Of a DNA stretch of 64,000 bases, positions 1-10,210 are shown piece by piece (the stretch's first letter is position 1; every line of letters begins with the position of its first letter). The stretch is taken from NCBI GenBank assembly GCA_964440795.1, contig CAYTTQ010000002.1:21106-85105 (forward strand). The letters run 5' to 3'. The position numbers and the translations under genes were made by a program. The stretch is from an uncultured Desulfobacterales bacterium (lineage in GTDB: Bacteria > Desulfobacterota > Desulfobacteria > Desulfobacterales > C00003060). The notes beneath the pieces are model-generated. The model was not told the DNA's origin. It saw only the letters and a program-made list of their open reading frames with translations, and made no database searches.

Positions 1-147
1 GGCTTTCGTGGAATGAACTTTGCATGCGACTCCTTCCGTCAGCGGCGGCTCGATCCCTGAAATGTCGACCGCCTCCTGTAAGCCAGGGGGCATAATCGGA
101 CCGCCACTCAGGTCATGCCACAGGTTACCTGATCGGGGAATGTTGCG

Positions 148-1524
148 GTGCCACAAAACGAACAAAGAAAGTCCTATCGTCATCCCACCTTCAAGGGATT
201 GAGTGAAAGAGATCTCGTTTCCCTCTACAACCTCACGGACGTCAAGAAGGTGAATCCCGGTGAACATCTGGTCAGCGAAGGCGATAATGATTCATTCTTC
301 TATCTGATCGTGGAAGGGTCGCTCCGCCTGACCAAGAGGCGAAACGGCACGTCGGACAACATCGCCGTCCTTCGTCAGGGCGATTCCGTCCCCGGGGCTT
401 CCTGTTACGAAAAGGGGGCCCGAAAGATGTCGGCCGTGGCATCAGAGGCCCTGACCGCTTTCGTCCTGGATGAATCGCGGTTACAAGAATTGTCGCCACA
501 GGCGCAATCCATCATCTACCGGAACCTGAACCAAAAATCGACCCGCCAAACCCACGCCCTCATGGTGGCGCAGGCGGACCTGTTCTATAAGCATCAACAG
601 TTGACCACCCAGGTCGCCAAGCACCTTCAGTGCCGGCGGGACCAGCACGCCAACTCGGAGATGATCCACAAGATCATCAAGGGCATTCCCCGGTTGCCCA
701 TGTACGCCAACCGTTTGGCCGTGGTCATCCTGGACGAGAATGTCTCGGCCCGGGATGTTGCTGAGTTGGCCAAACTGGACCCGTCACTGGTCAGCGTGGT
801 GCTCAAGTCGGTGAATTCGGCTTTTTACGGATTAAAACACAAGATATCCGACTTTCAGCATGCGGTTCTGCTGTTGGGACTCAATCAGGTCTATCAGCTG
901 GTGATGAACGTGGGTATCCGCAGCACCATGCCCAAGACACCGGCGTTTAGAGATTTGCTTTTTCATTCCTTGATCGTGTCGTTTATCGGATTTGAAATCG
1001 CCCAAATGTGCAATCTGCAAAAAGCGGTGGCCGTGAGTACCATCGGCCTGCTCCACGACATCGGCAAAAGTGTCACCTTATTACTCAAGAAACAGTATCC
1101 CAAAATGGAACTCCTGGTGGATATGCTGGATCCGGCCACGGTCGGGGCGCTCCTCCTTAAGGAGTGGAACATTCCCGACACGGTGTGTCGAACCCTGGAG
1201 TATCAGTCGTATCCGGAGTGGCTGCCGCCGGAAACCATTCCGGAGGAATACAGAAGCAATGTGGCGGTGCTCTTTGTGGCCCATCTTTGTTACGACTATC
1301 TATCGGGCAAGAAAGAAGCCGAGTTGCCCACCAACTTGTTCCCCGATTACATGGCCCTGTTGAAGCGACCCGAACGGTCGGTGGCGGAATTTGTCGAAAA
1401 AAAAGTGTTTCCCGCACTGGACAAGAAAAAGGGCACTTACCCGGAGGAAATCCGTGAGTTCTTGGCAAAAAGCGGGGAGGCCGTCTTAGACAGACCCCCG
1501 GAGACCGCACGGACCCGGCGGTGA
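148..1524 (+). CDS. Cyclic-nucleotide-binding domain + HDOD domain signalling protein
   Basis: 458-aa ORF. The N-terminus (FFYLIVEGSLRL...RQGDSV) looks like a cNMP-binding beta-barrel. The C-terminal half has an HD-related HDOD-type motif (GLLHDIGK). GTG start as given in the ORF track. Confidence 0.7.
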   Translation: MPQNEQRKSYRHPTFKGLSERDLVSLYNLTDVKKVNPGEHLVSEGDNDSFFYLIVEGSLRLTKRRNGTSDNIAVLRQGDSVPGASCYEKGARKMSAVASEALTAFVLDESRLQELSPQAQSIIYRNLNQKSTRQTHALMVAQADLFYKHQQLTTQVAKHLQCRRDQHANSEMIHKIIKGIPRLPMYANRLAVVILDENVSARDVAELAKLDPSLVSVVLKSVNSAFYGLKHKISDFQHAVLLLGLNQVYQLVMNVGIRSTMPKTPAFRDLLFHSLIVSFIGFEIAQMCNLQKAVAVSTIGLLHDIGKSVTLLLKKQYPKMELLVDMLDPATVGALLLKEWNIPDTVCRTLEYQSYPEWLPPETIPEEYRSNVAVLFVAHLCYDYLSGKKEAELPTNLFPDYMALLKRPERSVAEFVEKKVFPALDKKKGTYPEEIREFLAKSGEAVLDRPPETARTRR

Positions 1525-1615
1525 CCGGCGGCGGTTACGTCATGCCGGCAATGGTGCCGTTGTTCCCATCTCCTCACAGTGTGTACCGCCCGCACTACAG
1601 GTTGAGTGGACGCCA

Positions 1616-1640
1616 AAAAGACCCCGGGGTCTCTTTTAGG
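1616..1640 (+). terminator. Weak intrinsic-terminator-like hairpin downstream of the cNMP/HDOD gene
   Basis: AAAAGACCCCGGGGTCTCTTTT: a short GC stem (AGACC/GGTCT) flanked by an A-run and followed by CUUUU, about 90 nt after the stop. Confidence 0.3.
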
Positions 1641-1750
1641 TTAAAGAATACCCCTGTAGGTTCCGATTAAATGGGCGAATTTCGTTATCTCAATGGTGAA
1701 TCCGTTTTTGGCGATACACCCGAATAGATTGGAAAGCCGTATCTCGCCCG

Positions 1751-1793
1751 AATATGACCGCATATGACCGTATATGACCGTGTATATGAACGG
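1751..1793. repeat. 10-bp tandem repeat (N)ATATGACCG x3 plus a degenerate fourth copy
   Basis: aatatgaccg / catatgaccg / tatatgaccg at 1751-1780 in exact 10-bp register, then tgtatatgaacgg. Confidence 0.85.
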
Positions 1794-1822
1794 ATCAGCC
1801 CGGATATGACATGTAGACCCGA

Positions 1823-3184
1823 TTGCTTGGACGGAGGTTGCAAATGGAAGACACGAGGGGGACGCTGGTCCTAAAGGCCGTTCCCGACGGGGGCGTGCAC
1901 GAGGTGGAGGCCTTTTTGGCCAAGGTGTTCAAAGGGGTATCCTCGGAAAAGGTCTCTCGACTGATCGCCAAGGCCCCGGTGGTACTGAGCAAAAATATGC
2001 CCGCCGAGGCCGGCGACAAGATCGTCAAAAACCTGGAGCGGCTCGGCGCCACCGTCGATTTTGTCCCCCGGGAAACGCCTTCCAATGGGCTGGTGGGAGA
2101 AATCATCCCCCAGGAAACGTCGCAGACCCCATTCCAGCCGGCTCAACAAGCAGCCACGGCGGCGGCACAACCGACGGCGGAAAGCGACGAGTTCCAAGTA
2201 GGCCGAGTAAGCTGGATGCATAAAATCAAAGCCTCCGTATCGAGGAATATCGCCGAGGTCAATAAAGAACTCTGGTTGATTCTCTCCCTGATACTCCTGG
2301 CGGCGGTCATGAATTATCTGGTGGCCGCCAACCGGATGGTGCTCGGTTTCTACACCCTGCCCACGCTTTTTTCCGCCTATTTCTATGGACGGCGGCACGC
2401 CACCTTGACCGCCTTTGCCAGTGTGTTTCTCATCGGCCTGCTCGTTCACTACAACCCGAACCTGCTGGCGGAAACAACGGCCACCGACTTCGTCGACGGC
2501 CGCTGGTATGACCTGACCGCCTGGGCGGGAATCCTGGTGGTTACCGCCTATGCCATGGGGACGCTTCATGAACATCATGAATCGCGGGTAAAGGAACTGC
2601 GTCAAACCTATCACGGCCTGTTGCTGATCCTGCGCCAATTCATTTCCAAGGACAAATATACGGAAAACCATTCATACCGGGTTTCCATATACGCCACCAA
2701 GATCGCCTCCTACCTGGGACTGGGAGATACCCGGATCGAGGACATACGGGATGCCGCCTTGTTACACGACATCGGCAAACTGGACGTGAGTCGGCAGATT
2801 CTTCACAAGGCATCCCAGTTGACCGACGAAGAATACGAAGGCATGAAAAGGCATGTGGAAAAAGGGGTGGGGATACTCGAACCCATCGGCGGCCCGCTTC
2901 GCCGCATCCTGCCTATCATCCTGGCTCACCATGACAAATTTGACGGCTCCGGTTACCATCCCATGTCAGGAGAACGGATCCCCCTGGAGGCCCGGGTGAT
3001 TTCGGTCGCCGACGTCTACGATTCCCTGGCCAGCGATCGACCGTATCGCAAGGCCATGTCCATATTCGACGCCAAGGACATCATCGTAAAAGGGTCGGGA
3101 ACGGAATTCGACCCCAAAGTGGTCAACGCCTTTCTAACCGCTTTCCGGAAGGGAGAAATGGAAGTGCCGGAAGTGCAGGTATAA
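1823..3184 (+). CDS. Membrane-anchored HD-GYP domain protein (c-di-GMP phosphodiesterase family)
   Basis: C-terminal HD-GYP signatures: HSYRVSIYA..., LLHDIGKL, HHDKFDGSGYH. Hydrophobic segments in the middle. The N-terminal ~70 aa resemble the ribosomal L7/L12 C-terminal domain. Alternative start ATG at 1844 (MEDTRG). Confidence 0.8.
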   Translation: MLGRRLQMEDTRGTLVLKAVPDGGVHEVEAFLAKVFKGVSSEKVSRLIAKAPVVLSKNMPAEAGDKIVKNLERLGATVDFVPRETPSNGLVGEIIPQETSQTPFQPAQQAATAAAQPTAESDEFQVGRVSWMHKIKASVSRNIAEVNKELWLILSLILLAAVMNYLVAANRMVLGFYTLPTLFSAYFYGRRHATLTAFASVFLIGLLVHYNPNLLAETTATDFVDGRWYDLTAWAGILVVTAYAMGTLHEHHESRVKELRQTYHGLLLILRQFISKDKYTENHSYRVSIYATKIASYLGLGDTRIEDIRDAALLHDIGKLDVSRQILHKASQLTDEEYEGMKRHVEKGVGILEPIGGPLRRILPIILAHHDKFDGSGYHPMSGERIPLEARVISVADVYDSLASDRPYRKAMSIFDAKDIIVKGSGTEFDPKVVNAFLTAFRKGEMEVPEVQV

Positions 3185-3205
3185 CACAAGGACAGGGGGC
3201 CGTGC

Positions 3206-4873
<1,668 letters not shown>

Positions 4874-7800
4874 TCAGGCACTCATTTCAGATACGATTCG
4901 TTCCGATATCTTCTCGGCCGACATACCGAACAGGTCTTCGATGCCGATACGATCCAGGTATGGGTCCTGCCAGGCGAGACTCATTTCTTCCACCAGGTTT
5001 CGGATGTGGTGGTATTTGCCGCCCAGAGCGTCCACCTTTTTGTGGAGCGCCAATCCCCGTTGAAATCCGATTTCAAACAAGACCAAATGATCGATTTTCG
5101 AACCGCTCGAGATGACCGGCACCACCAGGATACTCCTGTTATCACGCTTACCCCGCCCGATAAAGACATTTCCATTCTTGACGATGATGCGCTTGGTACC
5201 GTGTAGCCGCTTGTCCTGCTCAATCCGGGAACTCAGTTCGGCCGAGGTCCCTTCTTTGTTGATCAGATGGATGGTCGAATCCTCCGTCGGCTCGCCGAGA
5301 ATGTTCAGATTCTCGATCCCATAGGTGGTCACCCCTTTGATTTGGGCCACCACTTCCTGCAGGCGCTTGAGAACCAAGATGTTGCTGGTGGTCAGCTGGT
5401 CCTTGCTGAAACCGCGCCCTTCCAGGGCTTCGAAAAGAAACCCTTCCACCTTGTCCGGGATCCGACTCGTGCCGACGGTAACCGTCTTGGCCTGGTGCTT
5501 GATGGCATCCACGGGGCGGGCCATTTCATTGATGACCTTGCCGATACAAGAAAAAAAGCGCTTCATCAAATTGGGCGCCGTTCCTTCTTGGCCGAAATCA
5601 AACTCAAAATCCTTGATGGGAAGCCGGCCGGAAAGATACTTGAGCAGCAGCGTGAGATCCGATCCCGCCTGTAACCCCATGGCCGTGGCATACCGATTCC
5701 GGCCGATCCGTTTTTTGAAGTTACTGTAAAAACCGGTCGCCCGTTCCCGAAAGCCCTTGTCCAGCACGATCTCATAGATGTCGAGACCGCGATCCGTGCA
5801 CGCAGCGATATAGCGATTCATCTCTTCCCGGAAGGTATACAGATATTGGGACTCTTCATTTATCGCCAGGGCCGCATAATATCCCCACAAGTGCCCGGCC
5901 AAGGTATTCAAGATGGGCGCGAATCGCTCTTCGATGGGAGGCACGTAAATCACCGAGTCGGCATAGGGTTCAAAGCGGTGTTCCCCTTCGGTGGTAATGA
6001 CGATGGGCACGGCTTCGTGGGCCTTGAATATGGCCGTGTCCTTGATGATATCGGTAACCACGCTCTCCCGGTTCCCCGCCGCACACACCAGGATCAAGGG
6101 CTCGGAAGACAAATCGATATGCTTTTTGTCTTCCACCACATCGGAAGAGATACTCTTATAACACAGCTCGCTGAGTTTGATCCGAATCTCGTCGGCGGAG
6201 ACCTTGTTGGGGCCGCTTCCCACGATGGCCCAATACCGTCGGGTGACGGCGAACCGCTCGGCGGACCGCCGGATCCGGGCCTTGTTCTGCAAGACCTTTC
6301 GCATGGCGGAAGAGAGCTTCCAGAGTTTTTGCATCTCTCTCAACACAAAATCGTCGGATCGGGCGCCCGTCAACTGGGCCATCCTAAGCCCCAGGATCCC
6401 GCCGGCGACGATTTGAGAATAATAGGCCTTGGTGGAAGCCACGGACATTTCGATATCCCGGCCCGTACTGGTGTATAACACCCCGTCCACCTTAAAGGTT
6501 ACGTCCGAATCCCGACGGTTCACAATCGCCAACGTGTAGGCGCCCAACCGCTTGGCCATGTCGACGGCCCGGTTGGTATCCGTGGTGGTGCCCGATTGGC
6601 TGATCGCCACCACCAGCGTGCCCGCCAGGCTGCCGTCCATCATAAAGCCGCTGAACTCGGAGGCCTTGAAAGCGGCCACCCGGATGGCGGTTTGCTGCAA
6701 ATAGTCCCGCAACAAGGTGGTACAGCCCGATGCCGCCACGCCGGCGGTGCCCTGACCGATAAAGAATATCCGGCTTATCCGTTGGTTTTTGAGGGCTTCG
6801 GCCAGCCGCTCCGGTATGACCGAGCCGTCCAAAAGGATCCGGGGGCGGGGTTCGCCGTTTTCCTCCTCGACGGAAAGCCGCCCTTGAATGGTTTGTTCCA
6901 CCGAACGGGGCGATTCGGAGATTTCCTTTAAGAAGTAGTGCGGGTAATCCTGGCGGTCGATGTCCCGAGACCGGATTTCCGCGTCTTTGATATCGGTTTC
7001 AGACAGGATAATGGGCGTGCCGTCATAATACATGGCCGTGATCTCTCCCACACCGCCGGTACCGTGGGCATCCAGGATCATTATTTGGCCTTGCGTTTGC
7101 CCGGACAGCCCGTTTACCGTCTTCTCACCGTCCAGCTTTACGAACCGGCCGGCCTGCTCGACAAAGCCGTAAATCTCCGACGCCGGCACATAACAAGATC
7201 CGGCCAGGCCGGTGAATACGGCCTGGCCGCTACCCCGCTGGGCCAGAAACACCTTTCCCGGGGCCAGGTCGGTATGCATGGCGATGGCGTGGGACCCGTC
7301 GAACTCGCTGACCGTTTGGCGAAAGGCCTCGGCCACGGACTCCGTGTTTTCCAGCTTTTGTTCGATGCGAAGGGGGATGATCTTGGTATCCGTGCTGATC
7401 GAAGGATCGATGGTTTTCCCGGTTTCCGTTTCATACGCCCTGCTCAGGTAGTGATAATTATCGATATCCCCGTTCAGGCAGGCGTGAATGATGCCCTGCT
7501 GCCGGTCGTCATTTTCCACCGGATGGCAATTGGGTTCGCTGATTTCTCCCACCGACGCCCAGCGGGTATGGGCCAGCACACTGTGGTGAACCGGGGGAAG
7601 GGTCAACAACCGGGAAAAGATGGCGTCCTTGCGCACCTGCTCGCGCAAAAAGGCCACATTGTCACCCAGGCGCCCGATCTCTGCCGCCACCTTAAAGACA
7701 AACGCTACGGAAATGCCGGCCGCACAGTCCTCGTTTATCCGAATACTGCCGTTGACCAGCACGGGATCATTGGCGCGGCGCTCCAGTTCCTGCAGCCGGT

Positions 7801-8554
7801 CCTCATCGGCCAAGGCTTGTCGGAACCGGGAAAAGGCGTCTTTGTCCAAAACGGACAAAACGGAAATGCCGGCCGAGTCTCTTCCCCGGACCTCCAGGCG
7901 GTCCAGATTGTTGAAAACCAGATTGATTTCCCGCAACAGATCCACGGCGTGACCGGGCAGGTCCCCAGGGGCCAGGTCGGCCGGGTGTGCCAGGTCCTTG
8001 ATCTTGTCGATGTTGGCCAGAGTGTCGTGTTTCAGCGTCCAATAGACGTCCTTGAGCCGCTCCGTTTGAGCCCAGAAATCCTGTGCCCGTTTCCAGGTCA
8101 ACCATTCCTTGGCTTCCGCCAGGGCCTGCTGGGCATCGCCGATGATACCCTCAAGGGCGGTGCACAGGGCGGCCAGCCGGACCTGATACTCCCGATGGGT
8201 GAACAGCCTGCGGAAGAGCGCCGGATCCTTGCCCCGATCCCCCAACGCGGCCAGCCGGGCGAGTAGGGCGTCCGTGTCTCCGGAAGGAGATTCCGGATCT
8301 TCCTTTCCCTGCCCCAACCGCTGGGAGAACCGTTCGGCAATGGTATTGACCACTCCCTCCAGCTCCTCCACCAGGTCTTCCGGGTCCTGTTTGGAGGGGA
8401 CGGCCTTGAACGCCAGTAGACCGGTGATGCCGCAGCTCACCGTGGCCGGCTGGTAGGGAAACAGGACCAAGGACCCATACGGCACGCCGCCCAAAGACCT
8501 GCCCCAGAAAACGCCGGTAATCCCAATTTTATCCAACCACCGTTTGATACCCAT
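4874..8554 (-). CDS. Giant class-II (Ntn) glutamine amidotransferase + tandem SIS-domain protein, GlmS-like with large insertions
   Basis: 1226 aa. SCGITGLLAF (Cys41), RGRDSAGISV, HTRWASVGE and NGDIDNY resemble GlmS amidotransferase motifs. ISQSGTTTDT plus a second SIS-like region. HQAKTVTVG resembles the GlmS C-terminal tail but is followed by about 200 more residues. Confidence 0.75.
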   Translation of the reverse strand: MGIKRWLDKIGITGVFWGRSLGGVPYGSLVLFPYQPATVSCGITGLLAFKAVPSKQDPEDLVEELEGVVNTIAERFSQRLGQGKEDPESPSGDTDALLARLAALGDRGKDPALFRRLFTHREYQVRLAALCTALEGIIGDAQQALAEAKEWLTWKRAQDFWAQTERLKDVYWTLKHDTLANIDKIKDLAHPADLAPGDLPGHAVDLLREINLVFNNLDRLEVRGRDSAGISVLSVLDKDAFSRFRQALADEDRLQELERRANDPVLVNGSIRINEDCAAGISVAFVFKVAAEIGRLGDNVAFLREQVRKDAIFSRLLTLPPVHHSVLAHTRWASVGEISEPNCHPVENDDRQQGIIHACLNGDIDNYHYLSRAYETETGKTIDPSISTDTKIIPLRIEQKLENTESVAEAFRQTVSEFDGSHAIAMHTDLAPGKVFLAQRGSGQAVFTGLAGSCYVPASEIYGFVEQAGRFVKLDGEKTVNGLSGQTQGQIMILDAHGTGGVGEITAMYYDGTPIILSETDIKDAEIRSRDIDRQDYPHYFLKEISESPRSVEQTIQGRLSVEEENGEPRPRILLDGSVIPERLAEALKNQRISRIFFIGQGTAGVAASGCTTLLRDYLQQTAIRVAAFKASEFSGFMMDGSLAGTLVVAISQSGTTTDTNRAVDMAKRLGAYTLAIVNRRDSDVTFKVDGVLYTSTGRDIEMSVASTKAYYSQIVAGGILGLRMAQLTGARSDDFVLREMQKLWKLSSAMRKVLQNKARIRRSAERFAVTRRYWAIVGSGPNKVSADEIRIKLSELCYKSISSDVVEDKKHIDLSSEPLILVCAAGNRESVVTDIIKDTAIFKAHEAVPIVITTEGEHRFEPYADSVIYVPPIEERFAPILNTLAGHLWGYYAALAINEESQYLYTFREEMNRYIAACTDRGLDIYEIVLDKGFRERATGFYSNFKKRIGRNRYATAMGLQAGSDLTLLLKYLSGRLPIKDFEFDFGQEGTAPNLMKRFFSCIGKVINEMARPVDAIKHQAKTVTVGTSRIPDKVEGFLFEALEGRGFSKDQLTTSNILVLKRLQEVVAQIKGVTTYGIENLNILGEPTEDSTIHLINKEGTSAELSSRIEQDKRLHGTKRIIVKNGNVFIGRGKRDNRSILVVPVISSGSKIDHLVLFEIGFQRGLALHKKVDALGGKYHHIRNLVEEMSLAWQDPYLDRIGIEDLFGMSAEKISERIVSEMSA

Positions 8555-8626
8555 GATCCATTCAGCTCCGTATCACGACCCCCGCCCGCTGGGCGTCATT
8601 GGATTTATCTCCTCTCGGACACCGCC

Positions 8627-10066
8627 CTAGTGCTCCAGACAAAGCTTGGAAATGTCGTTGGGCGGCGGTACCGGATACGCCCCGTTAAAACAGGCCAAAC
8701 AAAACAACTCGTGATCATATCCGGTCGAATCCAACATCCCGGTCAGACTCAAGTACCTCAAGCTGTCCAGGCCGATGTAGCTTTGCACCTCTTCCACCGA
8801 GTGCTGACAAGCAATCAACTCCCCCCTGGTGGAAAAATCGATCCCATAGTAGCACGGATAGCGATGCGGCGGACAGCTCACCACCATGTGTACTTCCTTG
8901 GCCCCGGCCTCCCGCAGCGCTTTGATGCGCATCTTACTGGTCGTGCCCCGGATGATGGAGTCTTCCACGATCACCACACGCTTTTGATTCAGGATATCCC
9001 GGACCGGATTGAGCTTGACCTTGACCCCGAAATCCCGCATCGACTGGGTGGGTTCGATAAACGTCCGGCCCACGTAGTGGTTTCGAATCACGCCCATCTC
9101 CATGGGAATTCCCAGGCCTTGACAGTAGCCGAGGGCGGCATAGTTTCCCGAGTCGGGAAAGGGCATCACAAAATCGGCCTCGATCGGATATTCCTTGGCC
9201 AATTGCTTACCGAGCCGTTTTCGTACGGCGTATACATTTTGGCCGAAAATATTACTGTCCGGGCGGGCGAAGTAAATATATTCAAAGATGCAAAAGCTGC
9301 ACGGTCGCTTTGAAAACGGTTTTAGCGTTTTGAGTCCGGTATTGTCGATGATGAGGATTTCTCCCGGCTCGATATCCCGCAGATACCGGGCTTCCACCAA
9401 ATCCAAGGCGCAGGTTTCAGACGCCACGACATATCCCCCGTTCAACATGCCCAAACAAAGCGGTCGGAAGCCTTGGGGATCCCGAAACGCAATCAGCTTG
9501 TCTTCGGTCATCAAGGTACACGAATAGGCCCCTTCGATTTGCTGGACCGCGGTGACCAGCGCGTCTTCGATACCGTCTTGCAGATTTCGGGCAAGGAGAT
9601 GGACGATGATTTCACTGTCCATGGTGGTTTGAAAGATGGACCCGCGGCCCTCCAGGTCCCGCCTCAATTGTCTGGCATTGGTCAGATTACCGTTGTGACC
9701 GATGCCCAGGGACATATTCCCGTGGGTGACCACGAAGGGCTGGGCGTTTTTGGCGATCGAAGAACCGGTGGTCGAATACCGGACGTGACCGATGGCCGCC
9801 GTTCCGGGAAGTCGGTTGAGGGTCTTTTCGTCGAAAACCTCGGAGACCAACCCCATACCCTTGTACTCGTGAACCGTCGTACCGGTGGACGTCACGATAC
9901 CGCAGCTTTCCTGTCCCCGGTGTTGCAACGCGTATAACCCGAAATAGGTCAATTTGGCCGCAGCCTCTTGCCCGAAGACGCCGAAAATCCCACAGGACTC
10001 TTTCGGACCTTCCGAAACGCCGCCCCCGCAGGGGTGCCTACCGGGTACTTGTTGATATACCTTCAC
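8627..10066 (-). CDS. purF: Amidophosphoribosyltransferase
   Basis: CGIFGVFG catalytic N-terminus, PRTase and Fe-S-type C-terminal region. I place the start at GTG 10066, which has AGGAGAA 5 nt upstream. The ORF track extends to 10129. A propeptide of about 24 aa before the Cys is implied. Confidence 0.9.
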   Translation of the reverse strand: MKVYQQVPGRHPCGGGVSEGPKESCGIFGVFGQEAAAKLTYFGLYALQHRGQESCGIVTSTGTTVHEYKGMGLVSEVFDEKTLNRLPGTAAIGHVRYSTTGSSIAKNAQPFVVTHGNMSLGIGHNGNLTNARQLRRDLEGRGSIFQTTMDSEIIVHLLARNLQDGIEDALVTAVQQIEGAYSCTLMTEDKLIAFRDPQGFRPLCLGMLNGGYVVASETCALDLVEARYLRDIEPGEILIIDNTGLKTLKPFSKRPCSFCIFEYIYFARPDSNIFGQNVYAVRKRLGKQLAKEYPIEADFVMPFPDSGNYAALGYCQGLGIPMEMGVIRNHYVGRTFIEPTQSMRDFGVKVKLNPVRDILNQKRVVIVEDSIIRGTTSKMRIKALREAGAKEVHMVVSCPPHRYPCYYGIDFSTRGELIACQHSVEEVQSYIGLDSLRYLSLTGMLDSTGYDHELFCLACFNGAYPVPPPNDISKLCLEH

Positions 10067-10210
10067 GTGCTTCTCCTGATCGAAAGAAATACATATGTAT
10101 ATTTGATGATGCCGTCGTAAAAAGTCCAATATCTGCGTTGCGCTGCATCCCTCGTCACTGCGACCCCGACGTCCCCCTATGTCCCGACTGATAACCGCTG
10201 TCCGTCAGAC

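Noticed and set aside
6938-8266. 442-aa ORF antisense to the giant amidotransferase gene. Similar long antisense ORFs occur at 1871-2671, 4379-5206, 16387-17103, 21837-22622 and 57702-58775.
   Set aside because: Each lies fully inside a gene with strong family-level similarity on the other strand. The translations are Arg/Gly/Pro-rich and low-complexity with no recognisable motifs. These are typical shadow ORFs of GC-rich coding DNA.
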